A stretch of 64,000 nucleotides of DNA, from the NCBI GenBank assembly GCA_947496605.1, contig CANMDF010000004.1:334689-398688 (forward strand). The letters are read 5' to 3'. The notes below the pieces were generated by a model. It was not told the DNA's origin and made no database searches. It saw nothing but the letters and a program-made list of their open reading frames with translations. Source of the DNA: an uncultured Rhodobacteraceae bacterium (lineage in GTDB: Bacteria > Pseudomonadota > Alphaproteobacteria > Rhodobacterales > Rhodobacteraceae). The translations under genes and the position numbers were made by a program. Below are positions 54,305-64,000 of this stretch, piece after piece (position 1 is the first letter of the stretch; each line of letters starts with the position of its first letter).

Positions 54305-55378
54305 TTAGTTAGATGGCTTTATCACACGGTTGATGTGACCCATCTTGCGGCCTGCTTTGACCTCTGCCTTGCCGTAAAGATGGATCGCTGTATCGGTGTT
54401 TGCCAATTCTGGCACGCGTGCCATGTCGTCGCCAATCAGGTTTTCCATGACAACATCGGAATGACGCGACCCATCTCCCAGCGGCCAGCCTGCGACTGCC
54501 CTGATGTGTTGTTCGAACTGGCAAATCGTGCAGCCGTTCTGCGTCCAATGCCCTGAGTTGTGGACGCGTGGTGCAATTTCGTTCACGATCAGGCCTTGCG
54601 GCGTGACAAACAGTTCAACCCCCATAACGCCGACATAATCCAGCGCATTCAGGACACGTGCAGCGATCAGAACCGCATCGGTTCGTTGACTGGCGGTGAG
54701 TTTCGCAGGCACGGTTGTGGTACGCAAAATACCGGCCTCATGCACATTTTCGCCCGGGTCGTAACAGGATACTGCACCATCGGGCGTGCGTGCGCCGATG
54801 ACGGATACTTCGTGGCTGAAGTTCACGAAACCTTCTAAAATTGCAGGGGCCCCCGCCATATCAGCCAGTGCTTCTTCCGCATCTGACATCGCCATAATGC
54901 GTGCCTGGCCTTTGCCGTCATATCCCAAGCGTCGGGTTTTCAGGATCGCGGGCGCACCTATGGTTTTGAGGGCCGCGTCTAGATCATCTTTATTTGCAAC
55001 ATCGGCAAAGGGGGCCGTTTGCAATCCGAGGTCTTGCAAGAACGCCTTTTCGGTCAGCCGATCTTGACTGGTTGCAAGCGCTTGCCGGCCCGGATGGATG
55101 GGCGCAAGTGTTTCCAGCAGATTAAGCGCGCTGGTGGGTATGTTTTCGAATTCATAGGTGATGACGTCAACAGATTTGCCAAAGGCGATCAATGCGTCTT
55201 TGTCTTCATAACTGGCTGTTGTCACACGGTGCGCAACATCACCCGCCGGGGCGTTTTTGCCCGGCTCAAAAATATGGGCCTTCAGACCAAGACGTGCGGC
55301 TGCCACGGACAACATGCGCCCCAATTGTCCGCCACCCAAGATGCCGATCGTCGCCCCTACGGGCAGTGGTTTAGTCAT
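54305..55378 (-). CDS. purK: N5-CAIR synthetase
   Basis: [43 protein letters not shown]. Confidence 0.96.
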   Translation of the reverse strand: MTKPLPVGATIGILGGGQLGRMLSVAAARLGLKAHIFEPGKNAPAGDVAHRVTTASYEDKDALIAFGKSVDVITYEFENIPTSALNLLETLAPIHPGRQALATSQDRLTEKAFLQDLGLQTAPFADVANKDDLDAALKTIGAPAILKTRRLGYDGKGQARIMAMSDAEEALADMAGAPAILEGFVNFSHEVSVIGARTPDGAVSCYDPGENVHEAGILRTTTVPAKLTASQRTDAVLIAARVLNALDYVGVMGVELFVTPQGLIVNEIAPRVHNSGHWTQNGCTICQFEQHIRAVAGWPLGDGSRHSDVVMENLIGDDMARVPELANTDTAIHLYGKAEVKAGRKMGHINRVIKPSN

Positions 55379-55859
55379 CGCTTGGTTCATCCGGGATAGA
55401 GGCGCTGAGATCGGCACGCCATTGATCAAGACGCGCGGCTAAGACAGGATCTTGTAAAGCAAGAATACCTGCAGCCATTAGCCCGCCATTCTTGGCACCT
55501 GCGGCGCCGATTGCCATTGTCGCCACAGGAAAGCCCCGCGGCATTTGCAAAATTGAATAGAGGCTATCAACCCCTGAAAGCGCATTCGTTTGGACTGGAA
55601 TACCAATTACAGGCACACGTGTCTTCGACGCCATCATCCCGGGCAAATGTGCGGCCCCGCCTGCGCCTGCAATAATAACCTGCAAACCACGATCGACGGC
55701 GGTTTTACCATAATCCCATAAGCGGTCAGGGGTGCGATGGGCCGAAACAATCTTGGACTCATAGCCCACACCCAATTCATCAAGTACATCTGCCGCTTCG
55801 CGCATTGTGGGCCAATCAGATTGGCTACCCATAATGATACCGACAAGGGGTTTGGTCAT
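55371..55859 (-). CDS. purE: N5-CAIR mutase
   Basis: [25 protein letters not shown]. Confidence 0.97.
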   Translation of the reverse strand: MTKPLVGIIMGSQSDWPTMREAADVLDELGVGYESKIVSAHRTPDRLWDYGKTAVDRGLQVIIAGAGGAAHLPGMMASKTRVPVIGIPVQTNALSGVDSLYSILQMPRGFPVATMAIGAAGAKNGGLMAAGILALQDPVLAARLDQWRADLSASIPDEPSDD

Positions 55860-55922
55860 GGTCTGATCCTAGCGTCTAAAGGAAGCAGCACTATAGCTAT
55901 GGCAGGCCGCGCAGCAATGCTA

Positions 55923-56141
55923 TCATGCTATAATGTCGGGTAAAATGCGGTCTTCTAGCTGGGAAATCTGATCTTTCAAAGCCAGTTTCTGTTTCTTGAA
56001 GCGTTTGATTGTCAACATATCCGATGATCCACGCGCATGAAGGGCATCAATCGCCTCATCCAGATCACGATGTTCGCGGCGCAAAACCTCGAGCTTGACC
56101 CGAAGAACTTCGACTTGTTCCATTTTTGCAGAAGTATTCAT
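55923..56141 (-). CDS. YdcH/DUF465 family small coiled-coil protein
   Basis: LRREHRDLDEAI...KKQKLALKDQI. Confidence 0.85.
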   Translation of the reverse strand: MNTSAKMEQVEVLRVKLEVLRREHRDLDEAIDALHARGSSDMLTIKRFKKQKLALKDQISQLEDRILPDIIA

Positions 56142-56213
56142 CGTCAAAGTGTCCCGGGTGGTATGCGTCACGGCAATCTACACCGCTAAGTCTTTAAGAA
56201 CCTAATACTTCCT

Positions 56214-56242
56214 CTTGATCAAAGCACCCCGCGCCCCCATAT
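56214..56242 (+). promoter_or_regulatory. RpoH (sigma32-type) promoter of hsp20
   Basis: CTTG-N17-CCCCATAT. Confidence 0.8.
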
Positions 56243-56252
56243 TTTTTGTAAC

Positions 56253-56310
56253 GGTCGCCGCTTGTGGGGCCGAAACCTGACAGTCGCTTCAATAAAGGAC
56301 ATGTCTTATG
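56253..56310 (+). ncRNA. ROSE-type RNA thermometer in the hsp20 5' UTR
   Basis: SD hairpin GUC[G]CUU-caaua-AAGGAC (56283-56300) with the bulged-G UCGCU motif opposite AGGA; an upstream hairpin is plausible. Confidence 0.8.
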
Positions 56311-56721
56311 ACAAAATTGGCTTTGGGAACGCATCCGTTCCTTTTGGGGTTTGAACAGCTGGAACGGCTGGTCGAACGTACCGCGAAAAGCGGGAATGAG
56401 GGGTACCCTCCTTACAATATCGAACAAACCTCTGAGAATTCTTACCGGATCACCTTGGCTGTGGCGGGTTTTGCCGAAAATGATCTTGCGATCACCGTCG
56501 AAGATAGTGCGCTGGTCATTCGTGGCCGTCAAACGGACGACAGTGACGGGCGTATTTTCCTGCACCGCGGGATCGCAGCCCGTCAGTTTCAACGCTCATT
56601 TGTGCTCGCCGATGGTGTTGATGTCGGCGAGGCTGTCATGGAAAACGGATTGCTACATGTAGATCTGACCCGCGCTGTGCCGGAACGTGTCGTGCAAACA
56701 ATCAACATCAAGAAAGGGTAG
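56308..56721 (+). CDS. Small heat-shock protein (IbpA-like Hsp20)
   Basis: YPPYNIE, LAVAGF, LHRGIAARQF, ENGLLHVDL. Confidence 0.93.
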   Translation: MTKLALGTHPFLLGFEQLERLVERTAKSGNEGYPPYNIEQTSENSYRITLAVAGFAENDLAITVEDSALVIRGRQTDDSDGRIFLHRGIAARQFQRSFVLADGVDVGEAVMENGLLHVDLTRAVPERVVQTINIKKG

Positions 56722-56724
56722 TTT

Positions 56725-56949
56725 ATGGAAACCAAGTTTGACCTCGCAAAGCTCGGTCAGGGGATCGTTTATGTAAAGCCCATCCTTGCGGCTGAATTAC
56801 CTGATGAAATGCGCGCAAAAGTCGGTGATTTGGAAGAGTTGTTTGCAGTCCACAATGCCGATGGCGAACAGCTCGCACTTGTCGCGGACCGCAAATTGGC
56901 ATTCCACCTTGCACGTGAAAACAACATGGAACCCGTCACGGTTCATTGA
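56725..56949 (+). CDS. DUF1150 family protein
   Basis: IVYVKPI, LFAVHNADGEQLALV, PVTVH C-terminus. Confidence 0.85.
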   Translation: METKFDLAKLGQGIVYVKPILAAELPDEMRAKVGDLEELFAVHNADGEQLALVADRKLAFHLARENNMEPVTVH

Positions 56950-56976
56950 GATGGGTAAGGTGGATCAAGATCCGCC

Positions 56977-58686
56977 TTACGCTTTGATCAGCCCCATGCT
57001 TTCTATTTTCAAAAGCACTTGATGCGCACAGTTGTCGACTGGAATACTCTCGGTTTCCAGACGCAGCTCTGGGCTTTCGGGCATATCATAAGGGTCTGAA
57101 ATTCCCGTAAACTCTTTGATCTTGCCCGCACGCGCCAGCTTATAAAGGCCCTTTCGATCGCGGCGTTCGCACTCCTCAATAGAGGTGGCAACATGGACTT
57201 CGACGAAGGCGCCAAAGTTCTCCACGTCTTCGCGTACCGCGCGTCGTGTTGTGGCGTAAGGCGCAATGGGTGCACAGATTGCAATACCACCATTCTTGGT
57301 GATTTCTGACGCGACATACCCGATCCGGCGAATGTTCAGATCGCGATGCTCTTTGCTAAAACCCAGCTCGGACGACAGGTTCTTGCGTACGATGTCACCG
57401 TCCAACAGCGTTACCGGGCGGCCACCCATTTCCATCAATTTAACCATCAAAGCGTTGGCGACAGTCGATTTGCCCGAGCCTGAGAACCCAGTGAAAAACA
57501 CAGTGAACCCCTGCTCTGCCCGTGGCGGCCGCGTTTTGCGCAGCTCTTGGACAACTGCCGGAAACGAGAACCATTCGGGGATGTCCAGTCCTTCAGAAAG
57601 GCGGCGGCGCAATTCTGTGCCCGAGATATTCAGGATGGTCACATCATCCTTGTCCAAAATCTCGTCCGCAGGCTCATACTGGGCGCGATCTTGCACATAA
57701 ACCATGTGCTTAAAATCGACCATTTCGATGCCCATTTCGTCTTGATGTTCTCGGAACAAATCTTGTGCATCATAGGGTCCGTAAAAGTCTTCTCCAGCCG
57801 CGTTCTGACCCGGTCCCGCATGGTCGCGACCGACAATGAAATGCGTGCAGCCATGGTTCTTGCGGATAAGACCGTGCCAAACGGCTTCACGTGGGCCCGC
57901 CATGCGCATGGCAAGGTTCAACAAAGACATCGTTGTGGTAGCAGTTGGGTATTGGTCCAACACGGCCTCATAGCACCGCACGCGGGTAAAGTGATCGATG
58001 TCACCCGGCTTGGTCATGCCAACGACGGGATGGATCAATAGGTTCGCCTGCGCCTCTTTCGCTGCACGGAACGTCAGCTCCTGATGGGCGCGGTGCAATG
58101 GATTGCGGGTTTGAAACGCCACGACCTTGCGCCACCCCAGTTTGCGGAAATACGCACGCAACTCATTCGGTGTATCGCGGCGAGCGCGGAAATCATAATG
58201 CACAGGTTGCTGGATGCCTGTGATCGGACCACCCAAGTACACATTGCCTGCCGTATTATGAAGGTAGTTCACTGCCGGATGCGCGCTGTCATCGGCACCA
58301 AAAACCTGTGCGGCTTCATGCGCTTTGTTTGGCACCCACTTGTCGGTGACCGTCATTGTGGCAAGGATCACGCCTTCCTGATCGCGCAATGCGATGTCTT
58401 GGCCCAACTCGACGGTCTCGGCAAAGCGATCCGACACGTCCAAGGTGATGGGCATTGGCCACAGCGCCCCGTCTGCAAGCCGCATGTTGTCTACGACGCT
58501 TTCATAATCCGCTTGTGACAAGAAGCCTTTGAGCGGGTTGAAACCGCCATTCATCAGCAATTCGAGATCACAGATTTGACGTGGAGTCAGATCATGGCTG
58601 GTCAGCTCGGCGGCTTCCAGTTTCATCTTTTGTGCACTCTCGTAGGATACGTAGAGTTCAGGGATCGGGGCCAAGTCTGGAGACAT
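56977..58686 (-). CDS. sat: Bifunctional sulfate adenylyltransferase / APS kinase
   Basis: WPMPITLDV, FQTRNPLHRAH, HFIVGRDHAG; kinase P-loop GFSGSGKST, LLDGDIVR. Confidence 0.94.
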   Translation of the reverse strand: MSPDLAPIPELYVSYESAQKMKLEAAELTSHDLTPRQICDLELLMNGGFNPLKGFLSQADYESVVDNMRLADGALWPMPITLDVSDRFAETVELGQDIALRDQEGVILATMTVTDKWVPNKAHEAAQVFGADDSAHPAVNYLHNTAGNVYLGGPITGIQQPVHYDFRARRDTPNELRAYFRKLGWRKVVAFQTRNPLHRAHQELTFRAAKEAQANLLIHPVVGMTKPGDIDHFTRVRCYEAVLDQYPTATTTMSLLNLAMRMAGPREAVWHGLIRKNHGCTHFIVGRDHAGPGQNAAGEDFYGPYDAQDLFREHQDEMGIEMVDFKHMVYVQDRAQYEPADEILDKDDVTILNISGTELRRRLSEGLDIPEWFSFPAVVQELRKTRPPRAEQGFTVFFTGFSGSGKSTVANALMVKLMEMGGRPVTLLDGDIVRKNLSSELGFSKEHRDLNIRRIGYVASEITKNGGIAICAPIAPYATTRRAVREDVENFGAFVEVHVATSIEECERRDRKGLYKLARAGKIKEFTGISDPYDMPESPELRLETESIPVDNCAHQVLLKIESMGLIKA

Positions 58687-58865
58687 GTGTTTCTCGATTT
58701 TGCCGGGTATCAGTTGCGCGTGGCATAAACGTGTGCGCCCCGGATTGTCCAGCAAACAAAGGTAATAAGTCCAGTGTTCTGTTTAGAACGATGATGCAGA
58801 ACCCGTGTCGTCTGAAGCGCCAAAATAAGTGATATCAGACTACACAGTTATCCTGGTAGGAAACC

Positions 58866-59834
58866 CTACTCGGCAGCCGCGGCAACCCCTGCGTCCTCTG
58901 TTTCGGCGATGTATTTTTCAGCATCAAGGGCCGCCATACATCCCATACCCGCAGATGTGACTGCCTGACGGTAGACGTGGTCTGTCAAATCACCTGCCGC
59001 AAACACACCGGGAATTTCTGTCTTTGTTGTCCCAGCCGCCACTTTCACGTAGCCACCATTGTGCGTTTCCAACTGGTCTTTCACCAACTCTGTCGCTGGC
59101 GCATGACCAATTGCGATGAACACGCCTTTGGCGGGCAGATCTGTGACTTCGCCAGTTTTCGTGTGTTTCACGCGCACGCCTTCGACACCCAAGGGGGTGT
59201 CAGCGCCATAGACTTCTTCAATCTCGTGAAACCAAAGCGTCTCGATCTTGGGGTTGTTCATCAATCTGTTTTGTAAAATCTTCTCAGCCCGCAACTCATC
59301 GCGGCGGTGGACCAGCGTGACCTTTGACGCAAAGTTGGTCAGAAAAAGCGCTTCTTCAACGGCCGTATTCCCGCCACCAACGACAACAATCTCTTGTCCG
59401 CGGTAAAAGAACCCGTCGCAGGTCGCACAGGCACTCACACCAAAGCCCTTGAATTTTTCCTCAGACGGCAAACCGAGCCATTTGGCGCGTGCGCCAGTGC
59501 AGAGGATGACAGCATCTGCAGTATAGACCGCGCCGCTGTCACAGGTGGCGGTAAACGGGCGTTTCTGCAGGTCGAGTGTCGTGACGATGTCGCCAACGAT
59601 CTCACAACCCATCGCGCGGGCATGTGCCTCCATCCGCACCATCAGGTCAGGGCCTTGGACCTCGGTATCACCGGGCCAGTTTTCGACCTCTGTCGTGGTG
59701 GTCAACTGACCACCTGGCTCAATCCCCTGGATCAACACTGGCTCTAGCATTGCACGGGCTGCATAGACGCCAGCGGTATAGCCGGCAGGGCCAGACCCAA
59801 TGATCAGAACTTTGATGTGTCGTGTGTCGGTCAT
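58866..59834 (-). CDS. trxB: Thioredoxin reductase
   Basis: [30 protein letters not shown]. Confidence 0.97.
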   Translation of the reverse strand: MTDTRHIKVLIIGSGPAGYTAGVYAARAMLEPVLIQGIEPGGQLTTTTEVENWPGDTEVQGPDLMVRMEAHARAMGCEIVGDIVTTLDLQKRPFTATCDSGAVYTADAVILCTGARAKWLGLPSEEKFKGFGVSACATCDGFFYRGQEIVVVGGGNTAVEEALFLTNFASKVTLVHRRDELRAEKILQNRLMNNPKIETLWFHEIEEVYGADTPLGVEGVRVKHTKTGEVTDLPAKGVFIAIGHAPATELVKDQLETHNGGYVKVAAGTTKTEIPGVFAAGDLTDHVYRQAVTSAGMGCMAALDAEKYIAETEDAGVAAAAE

Positions 59835-59998
59835 GGCAGCCTCATGTGTTTACTATCACCGATATAGCTGTGCAGGCGGCATGATAAAAGACCAACTCCA
59901 CATTGTGTGGGTGCGATCTTTTGTTGCGGTCTCTTGAAATATTCTTGCGTGATGAACTATATTTACGTAGTATTTGCAAAAATATCAGGGAACATCCT

Positions 59999-60499
59999 AT
60001 GCCAGGGACCAAACTAGACGACATTGACCGGATGATTCTGGCCGAACTGCAAGCCGACGGCCGCATGACCAATGTCGAACTTGCAAAACGGGTCGGTATT
60101 TCAGCCCCTCCATGTTTGCGCCGGGTGCGTACATTGGAAGAGCAAGGATTTATCCAAGGCTACCACGCTGACGTCAATTCCCGCGAGCTCGGGTTTGAAG
60201 TGCAGGTCTTTGCCATGGTTGGATTGGTCAGTCAGGCGGAGTCGGACTTAAGCGCTTTTGAAGGCTTGTGCCAAAACTGGCCATTGGTCCGTGAGTGTCA
60301 CATGCTGAACGGCGAGGTGGATTTCATCCTCAAATGCGTGGCCCCTGATCTGCGGACGTTCCAACGGTTTCTGACAGAAGAACTGACAAGCGCCGAGAAT
60401 GTGGCCTCTGTAAAGACGTCCCTCGTAATCCGCGGAGCCAAAGATGAACCGGGTGTCCCGTTTGACGTGCTTGAGGCCCGGTTGGCACAAGAGGCGTAG
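59999..60499 (+). CDS. Lrp/AsnC family regulator
   Basis: LQADGRMTNVELAKRVGISAPPCLRRVRTLE HTH plus RAM domain. Confidence 0.93.
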   Translation: MPGTKLDDIDRMILAELQADGRMTNVELAKRVGISAPPCLRRVRTLEEQGFIQGYHADVNSRELGFEVQVFAMVGLVSQAESDLSAFEGLCQNWPLVRECHMLNGEVDFILKCVAPDLRTFQRFLTEELTSAENVASVKTSLVIRGAKDEPGVPFDVLEARLAQEA

Positions 60500-60533
60500 T
60501 CCAGATCTCTGCACGCAGGAAAAAGGTCAGCTG

Positions 60534-60809
60534 ATGCGATTTAGAACCATTCTCGCCTTATGTGCCGTCATGATTGTTGCAAGTTGCGGCAATCGCACGA
60601 TGGTAGAGCGTACTGGACCGGACGAATTGCTTAAGTTGAGATCAGGTCCCGGACTGGGCTTTAACATCATTATGGGCTTGCCTGATGGCACTGAACTTGA
60701 CCTGCGCGATTGTGTTACCGAAGTTGGGCAGCGATGGTGCGAAGTTTCCCTTGTCGATGCACCGCAAGTCACCGGCTATGTTTCTGCTGACTATCTTTCG
60801 GGGCAATAG
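60534..60809 (+). CDS. Bacterial SH3-domain lipoprotein
   Basis: Lipobox VASC; LKLRSGPG...WCEV...GYVSADYL. Confidence 0.85.
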   Translation: MRFRTILALCAVMIVASCGNRTMVERTGPDELLKLRSGPGLGFNIIMGLPDGTELDLRDCVTEVGQRWCEVSLVDAPQVTGYVSADYLSGQ

Positions 60810-60842
60810 GACCCGATATGATCGGCCCTGATCTTATAGAAA

Positions 60843-60869
60843 AAAGCGCCCACTGATGTGGACGCCTTT
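60843..60869. terminator. Probable bidirectional terminator between the SH3 gene and ccoP
   Basis: AAAGCGCCCAC-tgat-GTGGACGCCTTT imperfect stem flanked by A and T tracts. Confidence 0.55.
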
Positions 60870-60925
60870 CCCTTCACATTGATCCAAAACCGTTGCGCGA
60901 ACAGATGGCTTTGGATCGGTGATGC

Positions 60926-61798
60926 CTACTCGCCCCCTCCCAATTGGTGCACGTAGGCGGTGACGGCTTTAATCTCGGCCTCGGTCAAGCGTTCACCCCA
61001 TGGGGGCATCACGCCAAAGCGGGCATAGCGCACGGTCTCTTCAAGGGCTTCCAGATCACCACCATAAAGCCAGATCGCGTCGGTTAAGTTTGGCGCACCC
61101 AGATCACGGTTGCCCATGCCGTTGTCGCCGTGACAGGCGGCACAGTTATCAAGGAAAAGGTCGTTACCCGCCTCGGCCATACCTGCGTCGTGTTCCTGGC
61201 CAGAGATCAGACGAACGTATTGAACGACTTGGTCGACTTCTTCATTGCTAAAGATGTCATCATAGGCTGTCATTTCAGAATAACGCGCGTCCCAGTCTTC
61301 TTCATTCCGGATGCCGTGACGAATGGTGTATTCGATGTTTTCAAAATCACCGCCCCATAGCCAATCATCATCCAAAAGGTTCGGATAGCCAGTGAAACCC
61401 GCAGCCCCTGATCCGTGGCACTGTGAACAGTTGTTGCGGAAGACCGCACCACCTGCAGATGTCGCAAAGCGTGCCAGTTCTTCGTTCTCGGCCAATGTAT
61501 CAAGATCTGCCGAAGCCAGTTGCGCTGAAATCTCGGCGTTCGCTTCTTCAAAACGGGCAATGTCTTGGGCGACTTCGCCGCGTGTTGAATACCCCAGCAG
61601 ACCGGCAGTCGCACTGCTGACCATAGGCCAAGCGGGGTATGCGATCGAATAGCCGATCCCCCAGATGATTGTTAGGTAGAATGACCACAGCCACCAGCGC
61701 GGCAAGGGGTTATTCAGCTCCTTGATTCCGTCCCACGAATGGCCGGTGGTGTCAGTGCCGGTGACTTCATCAATGTCTTTTTCGGTTTCGCCGCTCAT
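60926..61798 (-). CDS. ccoP: cbb3 oxidase subunit III
   Basis: TGHSWDGIKELNNPLPRWW, two heme motifs CSQCH and CAACH. Confidence 0.96.
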   Translation of the reverse strand: MSGETEKDIDEVTGTDTTGHSWDGIKELNNPLPRWWLWSFYLTIIWGIGYSIAYPAWPMVSSATAGLLGYSTRGEVAQDIARFEEANAEISAQLASADLDTLAENEELARFATSAGGAVFRNNCSQCHGSGAAGFTGYPNLLDDDWLWGGDFENIEYTIRHGIRNEEDWDARYSEMTAYDDIFSNEEVDQVVQYVRLISGQEHDAGMAEAGNDLFLDNCAACHGDNGMGNRDLGAPNLTDAIWLYGGDLEALEETVRYARFGVMPPWGERLTEAEIKAVTAYVHQLGGGE

Positions 61799-61986
61799 GA
61801 TTGCAGCTCCTCGTCTTTGGATACGCCGGGGCGGTCCTCGTTACGGAAGGGGATTTGGCTTGTGTCGTCATGGACGGCACGGCTGCCGGGACGGAAGGCC
61901 CAGACAATCACGCCCAAGAAAAACAAGAACATCGCCAAGAGAACCCAGCTATCAGCCAGCTCACGAAGGAATGAATAGGTGTCCAT
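61795..61986 (-). CDS. ccoQ: cbb3 oxidase subunit IV
   Basis: MDTYSFLRELADSW...WAFRPGS...IPF. Confidence 0.92.
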   Translation of the reverse strand: MDTYSFLRELADSWVLLAMFLFFLGVIVWAFRPGSRAVHDDTSQIPFRNEDRPGVSKDEELQS

Positions 61987-61998
61987 GGTCAATCCTCC

Positions 61999-62754
61999 CT
62001 AGCGGCTTGCATCTGGGGTGAAGGTCGAGAAATCGACAGTCGTGCCCAGCATTTGCAGGTAAGCGATCAATGCATCCATTTCGGATACACCCGGTTCATC
62101 ATCGAAGTTGCGGATTTGCGCGCCCGGATACCGTTCAAGCAGATCATCGTAAGCGTCTGTGTCCGGATCGGCCTGTGCCAACGTATCAGACGCCGCCAAC
62201 TCAACCATTTCTTCGGTATATGGCACACCGATGAAACTATGGGTTGCGACCAGATCAGCGTTATATTCTGCGTTCACTTTTGTATCGAGCAGATAGGCAT
62301 AACCCGGCATGATGGATTCCGGCACGACCGAGCGGGGTGCGATCAAATGATCAAGATGCCACGCATCCGAATACTTACCACCCACACGGGCCAAATCTGG
62401 CCCAGTTCGTTTCGATCCCCACTGGTGCGGGTGATCGTACATCGACTCCGCAGCAAGTGAGTAGTGACCATAGCGTTCAACCTCGTCCCGCATGGGGCGG
62501 ATCATCTGGCTGTGGCACACATAGCACCCTTCGCGGATGTAGATATCGCGGCCCGCCAATTCGAGCGGGGAATAGGGTCGCACCCCTTCTACCTCTTCGA
62601 TGGTGTTCTCAAGGTAGAAGAGAGGTGCGATTTCCACAATTCCGCCCACCGTCACCACCAACAAGGAGGAAACAAGTAGCAACGTCGGGCTGCGTTCTAG
62701 GAACGCGTGTTTGGCAAGAAAGCCTTTGCCAGTGGTGTTTGGTGTATCAGACAT
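61999..62754 (-). CDS. ccoO: cbb3 oxidase subunit II
   Basis: [35 protein letters not shown]. Confidence 0.96.
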   Translation of the reverse strand: MSDTPNTTGKGFLAKHAFLERSPTLLLVSSLLVVTVGGIVEIAPLFYLENTIEEVEGVRPYSPLELAGRDIYIREGCYVCHSQMIRPMRDEVERYGHYSLAAESMYDHPHQWGSKRTGPDLARVGGKYSDAWHLDHLIAPRSVVPESIMPGYAYLLDTKVNAEYNADLVATHSFIGVPYTEEMVELAASDTLAQADPDTDAYDDLLERYPGAQIRNFDDEPGVSEMDALIAYLQMLGTTVDFSTFTPDASR

Positions 62755-62767
62755 TTCTCTGACCTCC

Positions 62768-64000
62768 TTATTCTGCTGGCACGCCAACCGGAGCGGTGAC
62801 TTTTGCGCCACCCCGGATGGTCATGAACATGTTCCAAGCCATGATCAGTGCGCCGCTGAGGTAAAGAACCCCACCCAGGCCACGGACCACATACATCGGA
62901 AACTTCGCGGATACGGTGTCGGCAAAGCTGTTCACAAGGAACCCGTTTGCGTCGACTTCGCGCCACATCAGACCTTCCATGATCCCAGTGACCCACATGG
63001 AGGCCGCGTAAAGGATGATGCCGATTGTCGCCAACCAGAAGTGCCAGTTGATCGCAGACATGGAATACATCTGTGCCCGGCCCCACAATTTCGGTGTGAG
63101 GAAGTAAAGGGCAGAGAATGTAATCATCCCGTTCCAGCCAAGTGCGCCAGAATGCACGTGACCGATGGTCCAGTCTGTATAGTGTGACAGGCTGTTGACC
63201 GCACGGATCGACATCATTGGGCCTTCAAATGTGGACATGCCGTAGAAGGCAAGGCTGATCACCATCATCCGAATAATCGGATCGGTCCGCAGCTTGTCCC
63301 ATGCGCCTTGCAGCGTCATCAGGCCGTTGATCATACCACCCCAGCTTGGCATCCACAGGATGATCGAAAAGACCATGCCCAAAGTCGATGCCCAGTCAGG
63401 CAGCGCTGTGTAGTGCAAGTGGTGTGGACCCGCCCAGATATATAGAAAGATCAGCGCCCAAAAGTGGATGATGGACAGCTTGTAGCTGAACACCGGGCGA
63501 CCGGCCTGCTTGGGCACGAAGTAGTACATCATGCCAAGGAAGCCCGCAGTCAGGAAGAAGCCCACGGCGTTATGGCCATACCACCACTGTGTCATCGCAT
63601 CTTGCACACCGCTAAAGATCTGCACAGACTTGCTGCCCCAGATGCTAACAGGGATCGATATGTTATTGATCAGGTGCAGCATCGCGACAGTCACGATGAA
63701 GCTAAGCAAGAACCAGTTGGCCACATAGATGTGCTTTTCGGTCCGTTTGAAGATCGTACCAAGATAGACTGCCAAAAAGGACACCCAGACGATGGTCAGC
63801 CAGATGTCTACATACCACTCAGGCTCGGCATATTCCTTGGATTGGGTTGCACCGAGGAGGTAGCCTGTGGCGGCCAATACGATGAACAAATTGTAACCCC
63901 AGAAAACAAACCACGCTAGGTTACCTCCCCATAACCGCGCGCCGCAGGTGCGTTGCACGATATAGAATGACGACATAATCAGGGCATTGCCCCCAAACGC
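62768..64000 (-). CDS. ccoN: cbb3 oxidase subunit I, 5' end outside window
   Basis: [28 protein letters not shown]. The frame is open to the window edge. Confidence 0.97.
   Translation of the reverse strand, partial: AFGGNALIMSSFYIVQRTCGARLWGGNLAWFVFWGYNLFIVLAATGYLLGATQSKEYAEPEWYVDIWLTIVWVSFLAVYLGTIFKRTEKHIYVANWFLLSFIVTVAMLHLINNISIPVSIWGSKSVQIFSGVQDAMTQWWYGHNAVGFFLTAGFLGMMYYFVPKQAGRPVFSYKLSIIHFWALIFLYIWAGPHHLHYTALPDWASTLGMVFSIILWMPSWGGMINGLMTLQGAWDKLRTDPIIRMMVISLAFYGMSTFEGPMMSIRAVNSLSHYTDWTIGHVHSGALGWNGMITFSALYFLTPKLWGRAQMYSMSAINWHFWLATIGIILYAASMWVTGIMEGLMWREVDANGFLVNSFADTVSAKFPMYVVRGLGGVLYLSGALIMAWNMFMTIRGGAKVTAPVGVPAE

Overview
Core-chromosome segment of an alphaproteobacterium of the Rhodobacteraceae/Roseobacter group. 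This is inferred from gene content and order; GC looks mid-50s % by eye and was not computed. Left to right: truncated coxB | tldD-dprA-topA | scoAB, GNAT | lytic transglycosylase divergent from a Tad/Flp pilus locus (two Cys-tailed Flp pilins, cpaB, cpaC, OmpA-like lipoprotein, cpaE, cpaF, tadB, tadC, two TPR lipoproteins, prepilin peptidase, an uncharacterised AAA+ ATPase) | oxidoreductase, Lhr-core helicase + PdeM | folD-fhs, MOSC, ftsH-tilS, tol-pal-cpoB, ruvCAB | DUF1127, prmA, SGNH, msrA, MFS | ccoGHIS | groESL | purKE, hsp20-DUF1150, sat/cysC, trxB, lrp | ccoPQON (ccoN truncated). I saw no tRNA, rRNA, integrase, transposase, prophage or CRISPR array. Most notable: (1) the cbb3 oxidase cluster is split into convergent halves that a single ~15.4 kb inversion would rejoin, with a perfect FNR box before ccoG and short inverted microhomologies at both putative breakpoints; (2) the Tad locus carries an extra wHTH-AAA+ ATPase and two pilins with a C-terminal CxxxxC; (3) a dispersed 35-bp REP-like repeat overlaps gene starts; (4) readable regulatory sites (CtrA-like, LexA, FNR, CIRCE, RpoH, ROSE thermometer). 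Product calls come from recognising protein motifs by eye; no database search was run.
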